Shown here: positions 39,301-52,188 of the stretch, piece after piece
Layout of the letters: every line of letters starts with the position of its first letter
Position numbering within the stretch: position 1 is the stretch's first letter
Assembly (NCBI RefSeq): GCF_006345805.1
Contig: NC_042997.1
Location: 57,474,001-57,538,000 of the forward strand
DNA: 64,000 nucleotides
Source of the DNA: Octopus sinensis
Taxonomy: Eukaryota
Direction: 5' to 3'
The notes under the pieces: generated by a model
The model's database searches: none
Seen by the model: the letters and a program-made list of their open reading frames with translations, nothing else
Told to the model about the DNA's origin: nothing
Translations under genes and position numbers: made by a program

Positions 39301-40049
39301 CTTGTGCTTTTTCCATGATCATACGTGAGTATTTTATTTATATCCCATCGAAAGTTCTACTGAAGAAGGAATTATATCTTTTTTTATAAGATTAAGTCCG
39401 AAATTGATTCAATATAGAGATAACGAAATTTAAATTTTCTAAAGGTTAGTTGCCCGTTTTCAGTTTCAATTTTCCTGTAACAAGCGGATTATAAGTGGAT
39501 AAAAACAGTGTATTTGGCTTTAGAATAACCCTCTTTAGCCCTTAATTATATGATGTATATTGCAACCGTAACGGTTTTTTTTAAATATACTGCCCACGCT
39601 TCCTGATGAATTCCTTTGCTGTAGAGTAAGGGACTTCATCCTATATTGCTTAGTAGTAAACTCGATGCTTGCTACAGGAGGACTGGTAACCATTACAATT
39701 GTAGCGGCGAAAGGTCTGGACGTTGTTTTCTGAGGCTGACCAAAAAATTTTTATTTTTAGATATAAGTGATGTACTCAAGTGTAGTTATGTTTTTAGCTT
39801 GTGCTTTTTCCATGATCATACGTGAGTATTTTATTTATATCCCATCGAAAGTTCTATGAAAGAAGGAATATATCTTTTTTATAAGATTAAGTCCGAAATT
39901 GATTCAATATAGAGATAACGAAATTTAAATTTTCTAAAGGTTAGTTGCCCGTTTTCAGTTTCAATTTTCCTGTAACAAGCGGATTATAAGTGGATAAAAA
40001 CAGTGTATTTGGCTTTAGAATAACCCTCTTTAGCCCTTAATTATATGAT
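36357..40049 (+). repeat. Tandem array of ~495-bp hammerhead-bearing units (7 full + ~228-bp partial)
   Basis: Unit starts GTGAGTATTTTAT at 36357, 36852, 37345, 37837, 38328, 38828, 39325 and 39822; copies differ almost only by small indels. Confidence 0.97.
36388..36449 (+). ncRNA. Type I hammerhead ribozyme (unit 1; repeated in each unit)
   Basis: Helix I TCTA(36388-91)/TAGA(36446-49); CTGAAGA 36392-98; helix II GGA..ATCTT/AAGAT..TCC; GAAA 36431-34; helix III ATTG-ATT-CAAT; AUA cleavage site after 36445. Confidence 0.75.
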
Positions 40050-40199
40050 ATATATAGTATATATAATATATATACACATATCATATTATATATATATATA
40101 ATACATCATCATCATCATATCATCATCATTATGATATATATATATTATATGATATGTGTATAATTATATTATAAACAAAGTCAGAATGCGATATATATA

Positions 40200-40237
<38 letters not shown>

Positions 40238-40271
40238 CATATATATATATATATATATACATATCATATAT

Positions 40272-41942
<1,671 letters not shown>

Positions 41943-42290
41943 TGGTGACCCCAAGTAGAAAAAAAAAAAGAACAGAACATGCAGCGAACAGGTTTTGCCA
42001 GTTAGAGCACTGAACACTCAGTTTTCACTTTCATTTTTCTTTTCCTTTCAGAACGGCGAAGGTGCGTACAAACAAATGTTTTATTCATCGCACTCAGTAC
42101 ACTGAAAAAAAAAAAAAAGAAACATACACACATTATTTTTTTTCTTTTCTGTACCTTTTGGTTTTCCTTTGTTCACACACACACTTATTCTTTACTACAC
42201 GATTTTTGATTTGCTTTGTCGGTTCCACGTGTTCTCCACTTCTCGTTCATACCTTCTGCCCCTTTCTGACAGGCGATTCTTCGGACAAAC

Positions 42291-43040
42291 ATGGCTGCAT
42301 CAGGTTTGCCTTCATTCACAGGGGATGCGGGTCTGTGGCTTGCCCAGGTGGAGTCGCATTTTGCCAAACATGCCGTTCATCCACAGCAGCAGTTGCATCT
42401 GCTATACTCGAGTTTGCCTTCCCGACTCACCACATCGGTCAGGGATCTCATAATCAGTCCCCACCCTGACGCCACATACGCGTCAGTAAAAGCCGAAAAC
42501 CTCCGCCTCAACAGGCAGTCGGAGGAGAGTCAATTCAATGAGCTGATGGCCGACGAACAGTTGGGGGACAGGACTCCATCCCAGTTCCTGTGCCACCTAA
42601 GGGAGCTAAGCGGAAATGCAGCAGACGCTCCACTCTTATGGAAGATATTCTTCTCCAGGTTGCCTGCCCACATGCAGACAATGTTGGCCACGGCACTGGA
42701 GTCTGTGTCAGTAGACCAGATTGCCACGATGGCCGACAAAATATTAGAATTTTCGGGACCATCTCCATCGCGAGGCCTGTATGCATGTACAGAGCCCCCT
42801 CCGACACCTTCTCCGACGAAAAATTCATTAGCTGAGAAAATCGATGCGCTTACGCAGCGAATCGATGATCTGTGCCGTGCGATTGGGCACCGACCTCGCA
42901 GTCGTAGTCGCAGTGGCTCTGTTTCCCGTAGTCGGTGTGACTCTGCTTCTCGTTCCAGCTGGTGCTGGTACCATTCAAAGTATGCCGAAAAGGCAGAACG
43001 GTGTACCCAGCCTGGCACTTTCCAGCCCTCGGGAAACTAA
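42291..43040 (+). CDS. Gypsy Gag (open, 249 aa)
   Basis: LPSF..LWLAQVESHF, EQLGDRTPSQFL, CWYH..C knuckle remnant. Confidence 0.85.
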   Translation: MAASGLPSFTGDAGLWLAQVESHFAKHAVHPQQQLHLLYSSLPSRLTTSVRDLIISPHPDATYASVKAENLRLNRQSEESQFNELMADEQLGDRTPSQFLCHLRELSGNAADAPLLWKIFFSRLPAHMQTMLATALESVSVDQIATMADKILEFSGPSPSRGLYACTEPPPTPSPTKNSLAEKIDALTQRIDDLCRAIGHRPRSRSRSGSVSRSRCDSASRSSWCWYHSKYAEKAERCTQPGTFQPSGN

Positions 43041-45983
43041 ATCCGGAGGAGGTGAGCACATCACCTTCTTCCTTCTCGTTTCCCAAAAATCGTGCGTTCT
43101 TTGTAAAAGATCTGGTGTCGAAGAAATTCTTCATGGTGGACACCGGCTCTTGTTGCAGCATCTGGCCCCTTCGTCTGACTGCAGACAAGCCCAAGTGCTC
43201 TTCAATTGTCTTGCATGCCATTGACTCATCTCCCATAACCACCTTCGGTCAGATTTCGCTGCGCCTCAACATCAACCTTCGTTGAGATTTTCAATGGGTT
43301 TTCGTCATCGCTGACATCCCGCATCCTATTCTCGGCGCTGATTTCTTGGATAGGTTTAATCTATTGGCGGATGTCAGGCGTCGGAGGCTTCTTGACAGCA
43401 CGACGTCGCTCTCTACGCCGACTGGGAGTTCCACCAATGCGGTCCTTAGCCCGACATTCTTTGTTGCCACTTCTGGAGACGCTTTTCACTCTCTTTTGGC
43501 TTAATTTCCGGAGCTAGTGGACATTGCCTTCCAACCGGAAAAGCCTACCCACTCGACACTCCATTTTATCACCACCACTGGGCCGCCTGACCAACTAAAT
43601 ACGGCTGGGGTCGAGTTTGAGCACATACTTCAACTTGGCCTTATACACCCCTCCACCAGCCCATGGGCGTCTCCCCTTCATTTGGCGCGAAAGGGCGAGT
43701 CTGATTTTCGCCCGGTAGGAGACTATCGACGCCTCATTGCCGTAACAATAGCCGACAGGTATCCAATTAGAAATCTACAGGACTTTATGGCAAATCTCCA
43801 TGGTTGTACCATTTTTTCGAAGGTCGACCTTATACGCGCGTACCATCAAATACTGGTCAACCCAGCCGACGTTCCGAAAACTGCGATCACTACCCCCTTT
43901 GGGTGTTTTGAGTTTTTGTATATGAGTTTCGGTTTGCGGAATGCTACCAGCACTTTCCAGCGTTTCATTGATGAGGTTGTCCGCGGTCTTGATTTTGTGT
44001 TTGCCTATGTCGATGATATACTCATTGCGAGCGACACACGTGAAAATCATCTCCAGCACCTTTCTCAGCTTTTTCAGCGTCTTCGCGCTTATAGTATGCG
44101 TATAAATCCCGACAAGTGTGTTTTCAGACGCTCTTCTCTAGATTTTCTAGGCCATCATATTGATTCGAGTGGAATCAGCCCCCTGTCGTCAAAGGTCAAT
44201 GCCATTCAATACATCGCACCCCCCACTTCCTTGCACCAGCTCAGGCATTATCTAGGGATGATCAATTTCTAAAGACGTTTTATTCCTGGTTGTGCAGATA
44301 AGCTACTTCCTCTCACCAGGCTATTAAAGGACACTCCTAGAAAGGACGGTCAAGTCACCCTCTCTGTTGAGGCACTGACAGCCTTTGAGTCCATTAAGAA
44401 GGAGCTGGCTTCTTTTTCTTTGCTTGCACATCCGGTTCCTGGTGCTTCTCTCTCTTTGACTGTAGACGCATCGGACACTGCGATTGGCGCTGTGTTACAA
44501 CACACAGTGGATGATCACACTCGACCTCTGGCTTTCTTTTCCTGCCAACTGCAACTAGCTGAACGATGATACAGCACCTTTGATCGTGAGCTCCTAGCGA
44601 TCTATCTATCGGTTCGTCATTTCCAGCATTAAATTAACTGCCATCTCGCAGGAGCAGCCACCTTTGGCGTCGTTAGACTTAACTTCTCCCAAGTTCTCCT
44701 GTTGCCAGTTTTCCTACCTTCTGCTTCCGTCAGCCGAAGGCACCATTCTCTGTGATACTTCCACTGGTTCTCCCAGGCCACTCGTGCCTGAGAATCATCA
44801 ACGCTCAGTGTTTGAAGCACTGCACTCCTTATCACATCCTGGCATCGCTGCCACCCTTAAGCTGATCACTGCTTGGTTTTTTTGGCCGAATATGCGTCGC
44901 ACTATTACTTCTTGGACACGCACCTGCTCCAAGTGTCAACGGTCCAAGATTCAACGGCACGTTCGTGCCCCGCTTGGACATTTTCCCCCTACAGAGGCCC
45001 GTTTTCGCCATGTCCACATCGATCTGGTTGGACCATGGCCTGTGAGTCGCGGGTTTTCTTTTCTGTTAACTTGTGTCGATCGTTTCTCCCGCTGGCCAGA
45101 AGCCATTCCCATAGCAGACATTTCTGCTGAGACTGTTGCGCGAGCCTTTGTTTGAAACTGGATTTCCCGTTTCGGAGTCCCGTCCAGATTGACTACTGAT
45201 CGTGGACGTCAGTTTGAAGCTTCGCTATTTCGCGAATTGTCGCGCATTTTAGGTGTGCATCATATCCACACTACCAGCTATCATCCAGCGTCTAATGGAT
45301 TAGTTGAATGGTTCCATAGACAGCTCAAGGCCGCTCTTCGTGCCTCTTCAGATCCACAGTCCTGGATTGAATTTCTGCCAATTGTGCTTCTCGGTTGTCG
45401 CCCTGCTGTTAAGGCAGACCTGGGGTTTTCTTCTGCAGAGCTACTGTATGGTACCACACTGGCATTGCCTGGTACGATGTTGGTGCCAGACACCTCCCAG
45501 TCCCATGATCCGGCGACCTATGTCACCAGACTACGTTTATATTTCTCGAATCTTCCACCCATGGTTCCCAGGAGACAATCTCCACCATCCCATCTCCCAC
45601 CGAATATGGACACTTGGTCGCATGTTTTTGTATGGGACGACTCTGTCAAGGGACCACTTGTTTCTCCCTATAAAGGACCTTTCCGTGTGCTTTCTTACAC
45701 ACCTAAGATTTTCACCATTGAAATAAATGGTCATTCGGAGACCGTTTCCGTGGACCGACTGAAGAAAGCATACTTTGAGACGTCTTCATCTTTTGATGAC
45801 AACCTTGCCACACCCACCTATGCACCTTTAACAACACCTTCACCTGCACAGACACCTTTGCCTTCACCGGCTCCCACAACACCACCTTCGCCGTCAATGG
45901 GTGCCCCGAGCACACCGTACGTTACAAGATCGGGCAGAACAGTGCATTGGCCCGAGAAACTCTCAAAGACAATTTATATTTAA
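43031..45983 (+). pseudogene. Gypsy Pol (protease DTG, RT, RNase H, integrase) with stops and internal deletions
   Basis: FMVDTGS, SPWASPLH, DYRRL, AYVDDILIAS, HVHIDLVGP, TTDRGRQFE, YHPASNGLVE, GPYK-like SPYKGPF, TRSGR tail. Confidence 0.9.
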
Positions 45984-46122
45984 CTTTCTTTCTTTCAAAT
46001 TTCTTGTTTTTTGTATGACATTGTGTACCAAATCTTCTGTGGGGATCGGCAAGCCATCTGTTTTTCTGCAGCACCACTACAAATTTTCTTGTCTTCGTAC
46101 TTCCGCACTCGATGGGGAGCCA

Positions 46123-46547
46123 TGTAGTGATGCTACTGTGTAAGGTTCAGCGCGCATGCGCAGAATGGGACTACTTCCGGGTGGCCACCGGAAGTCTTCC
46201 CCATGTGCATGTGCGGGAAACTGACCCCTAAGGCACAAATCACTCATTCACTCTCTCTGGCGCTTTCAGCCCTCGTGAACAGACGTGCATTTTTGGTAGT
46301 CTCTGAGAACTCTACACCAGCTTAGCAACGGACCACATCGAATCAACTTCAATCAACCAACAGGAAGCAGTACAAAGATTCGGCTGTCGTTTCCCCTCAG
46401 AAAATACGCACACCATCACGAGTAATAAACAACAATTTGCTGTCTTTCCCAGATAACCTGACTTCGTCTGTTATGTCTAACTAAATTGAATGTGACGGGA
46501 TCGGATCGTACACCCCTTCAGTGATACCGATTCCAGATCCTGTTACA
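46123..46547 (+). mobile_element. Gypsy LTR (425 bp)
   Basis: Starts TGTAG right after the PPT and ends TTACA; AATAAA at ~46425; NRF1-type GCGCATGCGC 46152-46161; paired ETS-type ACTTCCGG/CCGGAAGT 46173-46195. Confidence 0.8.
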
Positions 46548-46784
46548 AGTAACAGGATGTAGAGTTCTCAGAGACTACCAAAAATGCACGTCTGTTCATG
46601 AGGGCTGAAAGCGCCAGAGAGAGTGAATGAGTGATTTGTGCCTTAGGAGTCAGTTTTCCACACATGCGCATGGGGAAGACTTCCGGTGGCCACCCGGAAG
46701 TAGTCCCATTCTGCGCATGCGCGCTGAACCTTACACAGTAGCATCACTACACATATATACATATCATATATATATATATATCTG

Positions 46785-47465
46785 GCTGGGTGGATCCTAA
46801 GAACATTCAGAACCAGAGATAAGGAAACTATGATGGTCCTCTGGTGGACATTCGTCCTCAGTCGCCTGGATTACTGCTCACAGCTATGGTCACCCACCAG
46901 TGTAAAATTAACAGCGGACCTTGAAGCAATCCAGAGAAGATTCACAAAGAAGATCATCTCATTGCAACAGCTCAGCTACTGGGAAAGGTTGAAACAACTA
47001 AGACTCTACTCCCTGGAGAGAAGATGGGAGAGGTATGCAGTAATATATGTCTGGAAGATCCTGGAAGGAATTGTGCCAAATTTTGGCATTGTAAGCTACA
47101 CCAATGCTAGAACGGGACGACACTGCATAGTGCCAAAGATCCCAGCAATGCCATCACGCTTCAGGACCAGCTTCTGCAACAGCCTGGGTTTCAAGGGCCC
47201 ACAGCTTTTTAATATTCTCCCAAAGAGTCTGAGGAGCTTGCACAAAGTAGATGTAGCGGTTTTTAAATCAAAGCTGGACATCTTCCTGTCAAGAGCCCCA
47301 GATGAACCTACCTCACGGCAAGAGGTGCAAATGAGAGTAGCTATATCAAACTCCATTCTTCACCAAGTGCCACATATTAGACGAGGTTCGTCGTAATAAC
47401 AGTGTAGCACAAAACAGCAGTGCATCAGCATGGCCGCAGCTCTGAGCTGAAACTAGAAAAAAATA
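46785..47465 (+). mobile_element. L2/CR1-group LINE 3' end (same family as 32960-33580)
   Basis: FVLSRLDYCSQLWSP..YWERLKQLRLYSLERR..GPQLFNILP; shared tail. Confidence 0.9.
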
Positions 47466-47476
47466 TATATATATAC

Positions 47477-47524
<48 letters not shown>

Positions 47525-47525
<1 letters not shown>

Positions 47526-47718
47526 GTGCAGGTGGCACGTAAAAAGCACCCACTACACTCACGGAGTGGTTGGCGTTAGGAAGGGCATCCAGCTGTAGAA
47601 ACATTGCCAGATTAGACTGGAGCCTGGTGCAGCCTTCTGGCTTCCCAGAACCCCGGTCGAACCGTCCAACCCATGCTAGCATGGAGAACGGACGTTAAAC
47701 GACGATGATGATGATGAT
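47525..47718 (+). mobile_element. Short RTE 3'UTR-only copy
   Basis: GGTTGGCGTTAGGAAGGGCATCC...GACGTTAAACGACGATGATGATG. Confidence 0.9.
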
Positions 47719-48089
47719 GATATATATATATACATATACATATATATTTCAATCATATATACATATATCATATGTATATATACATATAAATATCATCAAA
47801 TACATGTATGTATTTGAATATGTCTTGTTTGATTTACATGTTTTTCGAGTCAAGTATGTTTTAAATGAAAAAATGATTGAAGTATTCTTTCACAACCAGA
47901 TGCCTTTCCTGTCATTAACACTTGACTGTGTTTTAAATAAGGAATCTCTTAATTACACATGTCTTGAAAGGCTTGAAGTAAGCAGACAATTTGTCAACCA
48001 GAGAAATGACAACAGCAAACCTTGTAGCTTGCAACTTTTATAGAGCACAAACATAAACAGATATACACACATATTATATAGATAGATTT

Positions 48090-48215
48090 CTTACAGGTTC
48101 CATCTAACAAATTCACTCACAAGGATTTGGTCAATCTTGGCTATCATAAGTGATACTTGGCGAAGTTGCCATGCACTGGGACTGAACTCAAAACCATATG
48201 ATTAGGAAGGGAACT
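48090..48215 (-). mobile_element. Decayed tRNA-head SINE
   Basis: TCACTCACAAGG..GGGACTGAACTC matches the SINE head and core. Confidence 0.6.
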
Positions 48216-48255
48216 ACGTGCCTGTGCCTTCTATCAGTCTTTCTGTACATATGTA

Positions 48256-48327
<72 letters not shown>

Positions 48328-48635
48328 TATATAGTATGTAGATAGGGTTGTAATCGAAGCCGTGTCCTCGTGAAGCACACCTGTATATTCCAGTATGCCA
48401 ACATTGTATGTAGATGTTATAATTGTGTGAGGCATGTATAAGAGTAGAAAAAATATTGGAAAATAATATTTGCAGAGTAATTACGCATCAAAACAGTAGA
48501 CTGGAAAATATTTTTAGTATTATTTATTCACCATTGCACATGTTTCATTTGCTAGTAGGAGTTAGAATATTATACATGTAAGAGAAAATTATAAAATATC
48601 TCTTATTAAAAATTCCTCAGACAGCGAATCAATTA

Positions 48636-49857
48636 TCAGGTTGAATAAAAAATAAGCAATGTTTTGAACCATGAAGAATTTGTACCAGATTGTTGCAGGG
48701 TTTTGAATTTTTGTTAAACATTTTTTTGCAGTTGTCTGATAATACAGATATAAACTTACCCAAATGCATCAATAAATTAACATTTATATATTTTTTTCCC
48801 CATTGTTACAATCATCTGAAATGGAACTGTGAAAGTGCGATATTTGAGCAGTTTTGCCATTCAACTTCAAAAAAAGATGTAAAGCAGCTAAAACTGTTCA
48901 TGATATCAATGAAACATTTGGTGGGGAAATGACCAGTGAGAGGTCAGCTTGAAAATGGTTTAAATGATTTTGCAGATTGTGAGCATTATGGACGCCCATC
49001 TGTCATCGATGACAGTCAAGTAGAGACTGTCATTGAGAAAGATCCATATAAAACCACTTGAGAACTGGCAAAAGAACTTCAGAAAACTGCCTGCAACCAT
49101 TTGCATGCAATCAGAAAATAAAAAAAGCTCGATAAATTTGAATGAAAATCAGAAAATGCTTATTGCTTCTTCTCCGCAACCAGACCAATCCATTTCTTGA
49201 CCATATTGTAACTTGCAATGAAAAGTGGATTCTGTACAATAAAAAACGTTCTTTGCAATGGTTGGACCCAAATGAAGCACCAAAAACCTTCCCTAAACCC
49301 AAGCTCTTCAAAAAGAAGGTTATGGTGACTGCTTGGTGGTGTACTTTTGGAATCATCCATTATAACTTTTTAAAATCTGGAAAAAACATTACTGCAGAAA
49401 CATATTGTCATGAAATTGCCAAAATGAAAGAAAAACCGCTATTCCTCTGTCCCAGACTGGTCAACAGAAGAGGGCCAATCATTCTTCATAACAATGCTCG
49501 ACCATAAATTTCACTAATGATGCTCCAAAAGTTGAAGGAACTTGGCTATGAATTTCTTCCCCACCCAGCTTATTCCCCAGACCTTTCTCCTACCGACTAC
49601 CACTTTTTCAAGCACCTTGATGGTTTCCTGAAAGAGGAGTTCAAAAATCAAACTGATGCTGAAACTGTGTTCAAAGAGTTCATCAGCTCTAGAACTCCAG
49701 ATTTTTATGTTACCAGAATAAACAAACTTGTAACTCATTGGCACAAATGTGTTGATTGTAATGGTACTTACTTTGATGAATAAAATTTCCACATTGCTGA
49801 AATATATTGTGATGAATTTCATGTTTCAAAACGTTGCTTACTTTTTACTCAGCATGA
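48636..49857 (+). mobile_element. Full-length decayed mariner (DD34D)
   Basis: ~40-bp imperfect TIRs (TCAGGTTGAATAAAAAATAAGCAATGTTTTGAA vs the reverse complement of 49820-49857) flanked by TA; IVTCNEKW, HNNARP, YSPDLSPTDYHFF. Confidence 0.9.
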
Positions 49858-50207
49858 TAATACTCTCTGATTTTCTGTCTGAAGACTTTCTAACAGAAGA
49901 TATCTTACATGTTTCTCTGTTAAATACAATTTTGTAACCCCTATTAGTAAATGAAACATGTGTAATGGTGAATAAATAATACCAAAAATTTTTTCTTATC
50001 TCCTGTTTTGATATATGTATATGTTATATTATATACAGGGTATACTATATTATCATTAATTGATGGATGCAAAGAAATAAGAAACTTGAAGTAGTCAACT
50101 CCAAAATATAGTTGGGGTAGGTAGAGTGGGGAAGTAAATGTCAATAAGAACTAACTCAGTCTTGCCAAACAGATGCCAGGACCAAAAAGTGATGATGATG
50201 ATGATGA

Positions 50208-50256
<49 letters not shown>

Positions 50257-50311
50257 TACACACACACACGTATATATACATGTGTGTGTGTGTGTGTGTA
50301 TATATATAATA

Positions 50312-50635
50312 ATATGGCGTAAAAGAAAGAAAATGGTAAATCTAGTTGAGTTCCTCATGAAGATAACATGGATGCCGCTTGAGCTCAAAAGATTGGCTGT
50401 TATGAAAACCTCCTAGAGGAATGTGAAGACACAGGCTGGAAAGCAGAGCATTTTTCAATCAAAGTTGGATGTAGAGGGTTTGTTGGACACAGTGTGAAGT
50501 GACTATTGCCATCATTGACCTAATTCATCGTAAAGCAAATACCACTAGGAGTAATATCCAAACTACACTGGAAAAGGCAAATCACTGGATTTGGTTAGAA
50601 AGCAACAATGAGCAATGGCTAGAAGAATATTGAGT
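50312..50635 (+). mobile_element. 3' fragment of a restriction-like-endonuclease non-LTR element (HERO-like)
   Basis: LVE..PHEDNMDAA..YENLLEECEDTGWKAEHFSIKVGCRGF..EKANHWIWLES resembles the REL domain ELTVPWEE..EVGCRGF..A..WIW. Confidence 0.65.
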
Positions 50636-50829
50636 GAAACCTGATGACCAGTTGATCTAGCAAGCAGGGTCTCATTTCAGTGAGGGGTGCCCAATGATGC
50701 TGTCAAGAGATAGGTCCCGAAATGGCAGGCATTCTCTCCTAATGGCTCCATAAACTTGCTAGCATCTGGTATGCAGAGCTTTCAACAGGTAACACTTGCA
50801 TCTGCATGTTGTTTGCAAAAAAATATATA

Positions 50830-51122
50830 TTCGACCCTGTGCTTGAGAAAACCTATTGAGTCAAGTACATCAACATCAAAAATCAATGGAAATTGTAGAT
50901 GTGATCCCTGTGCCGGTGGCATGTCAAAAGCACCATCCGGACGTGGCCAATGCCAGCGCCGCCTTGACTGGCTTCCATGCTGGTGGCATTATGGAGGGCA
51001 TCCAGCTGTAGAAACACTGCCAGATCAGACTGGAGCCTGGTGCAGCCTTCTGGTTTCCCAGATCCCGGTTGAACCGTCCAACCCATGCTAGCATGGAAAA
51101 CAGACATTAAACGATGATGATG
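50830..51122 (+). mobile_element. RTE 3'UTR-only copy
   Basis: Matches the RTE 3'UTR; ends TTAAACGATGATGAT. Confidence 0.8.
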
Positions 51123-51397
51123 ATATTCATGATCCGCATTATCATCACTTTTCTATGCTGGCATTAGTTGGGCAGAACTGAGCCAGTATCTCCACCTCCA
51201 CTCCAAACTGAGTTGCAGGACTACATTTTGTTCATACTTTCTCTTTGCAACATAAGTTTCTGTGTCTGGATTTAACACCAACCACCTTACAAAAAATGTA
51301 TTTGTGTGTGTGAGGGTGTAGTTGGTATATCAAACAGGAGAAAAACTATTCAATAATATAGTAGGGGGTAACATATTTTAGTTGATCCAGTAGCATC

Positions 51398-51461
51398 ATA
51401 TACTTGTATCGCACGTCCCCGATTCGCGCGCGCGAATCGGGGACGTGCGATACAAGTATAT
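51398..51461. repeat. Perfect 64-bp palindrome with (CG)5 centre
   Basis: ATATACTTGTATCGCACGTCCCCGATTCGCGC|GCGCGAATCGGGGACGTGCGATACAAGTATAT. Confidence 0.95.
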
Positions 51462-51857
51462 ATCGTATATATACAAGTATATATCGTATATATCGATACA
51501 AGTATATATCGTATATATCGTGCATGCGCCAGTCAGCTCGTAGGATCGACTGCCCACGTCTGGCTAGCACGGACGCGCGTCTGCGCAAACCGGGTCCAGT
51601 CTACGATACTAGTACCTAAAAGATGTTTACATACAATATATATATATATATATATAAAATTAAATTTAGGGTAAAAATCGATATTTATCAATTAGAACCA
51701 GTGGTCTAGCATATTAAAGAAAGAATCCGAAGATTAAAATATTTTGTGTTTTGTGTTGAGTTTGATCTGAGAACATAGACTTTTTGTGGAGAATGGCGAT
51801 TTGACGTCTATATCTAGCATGTTGACTGTCCACTTTTCGTGTTCAGTCCTTAATTGG

Positions 51858-51934
<77 letters not shown>

Positions 51935-51956
51935 TATATACATCTACATGTATATG

Positions 51957-52155
51957 GGATCTTTTCTAAAAGAAGGCCAGATTTTTCTAGTTAACTAAAC
52001 AATTTGAAACTTCGTATACTGGAAACTTACAAAATAAAATTTTCTCAAAAAAACCAGTTGAAATTAACGTTTTCTTTTGACACATTCTACCAGTATACGA
52101 AGTTTCAAATTATTTAGTTGACTAGAAAAATCTGGCCTTCTTTTAGAAAAGATCC
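51957..52155. mobile_element. MITE with ~66-bp TIRs, ending 33 bp upstream of the TMCO6-like ATG
   Basis: GGATCTTTTCTAAAAGAAGGCCAG...ACTGG pairs with CCAGT...CTGGCCTTCTTTTAGAAAAGATCC. Confidence 0.85.
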
Positions 52156-52188
52156 AATAAGGGAAGTAAGCAGTCATAGAGCTAGCTC

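Larger units (their letters stand above)
41943..46751 (+). mobile_element. Gypsy LTR retrotransposon lacking a 5' LTR, with tail-to-tail LTR pair at the 3' end
   Basis: PBS TGGTGACCCC (complementary to the tRNA-Trp 3' end) at 41943, gag, pol (PR-RT-RH-IN), PPT GGGGAG at ~46114, LTR TG..CA 46123-46547, inverted partial LTR 46549-46751. Confidence 0.9.

Noticed and set aside
36357-40049. CRISPR-like or rDNA/tRNA-array interpretation of the tandem repeat
   Set aside because: No unique spacers, the unit is far too long, and there are no rRNA, tRNA or snRNA motifs or cas genes.
50642-50722. CTGATGACC ... GGTCCCGAAA downstream of the HERO-like fragment
   Set aside because: The spacing is long and convincing helices I and III could not be built.
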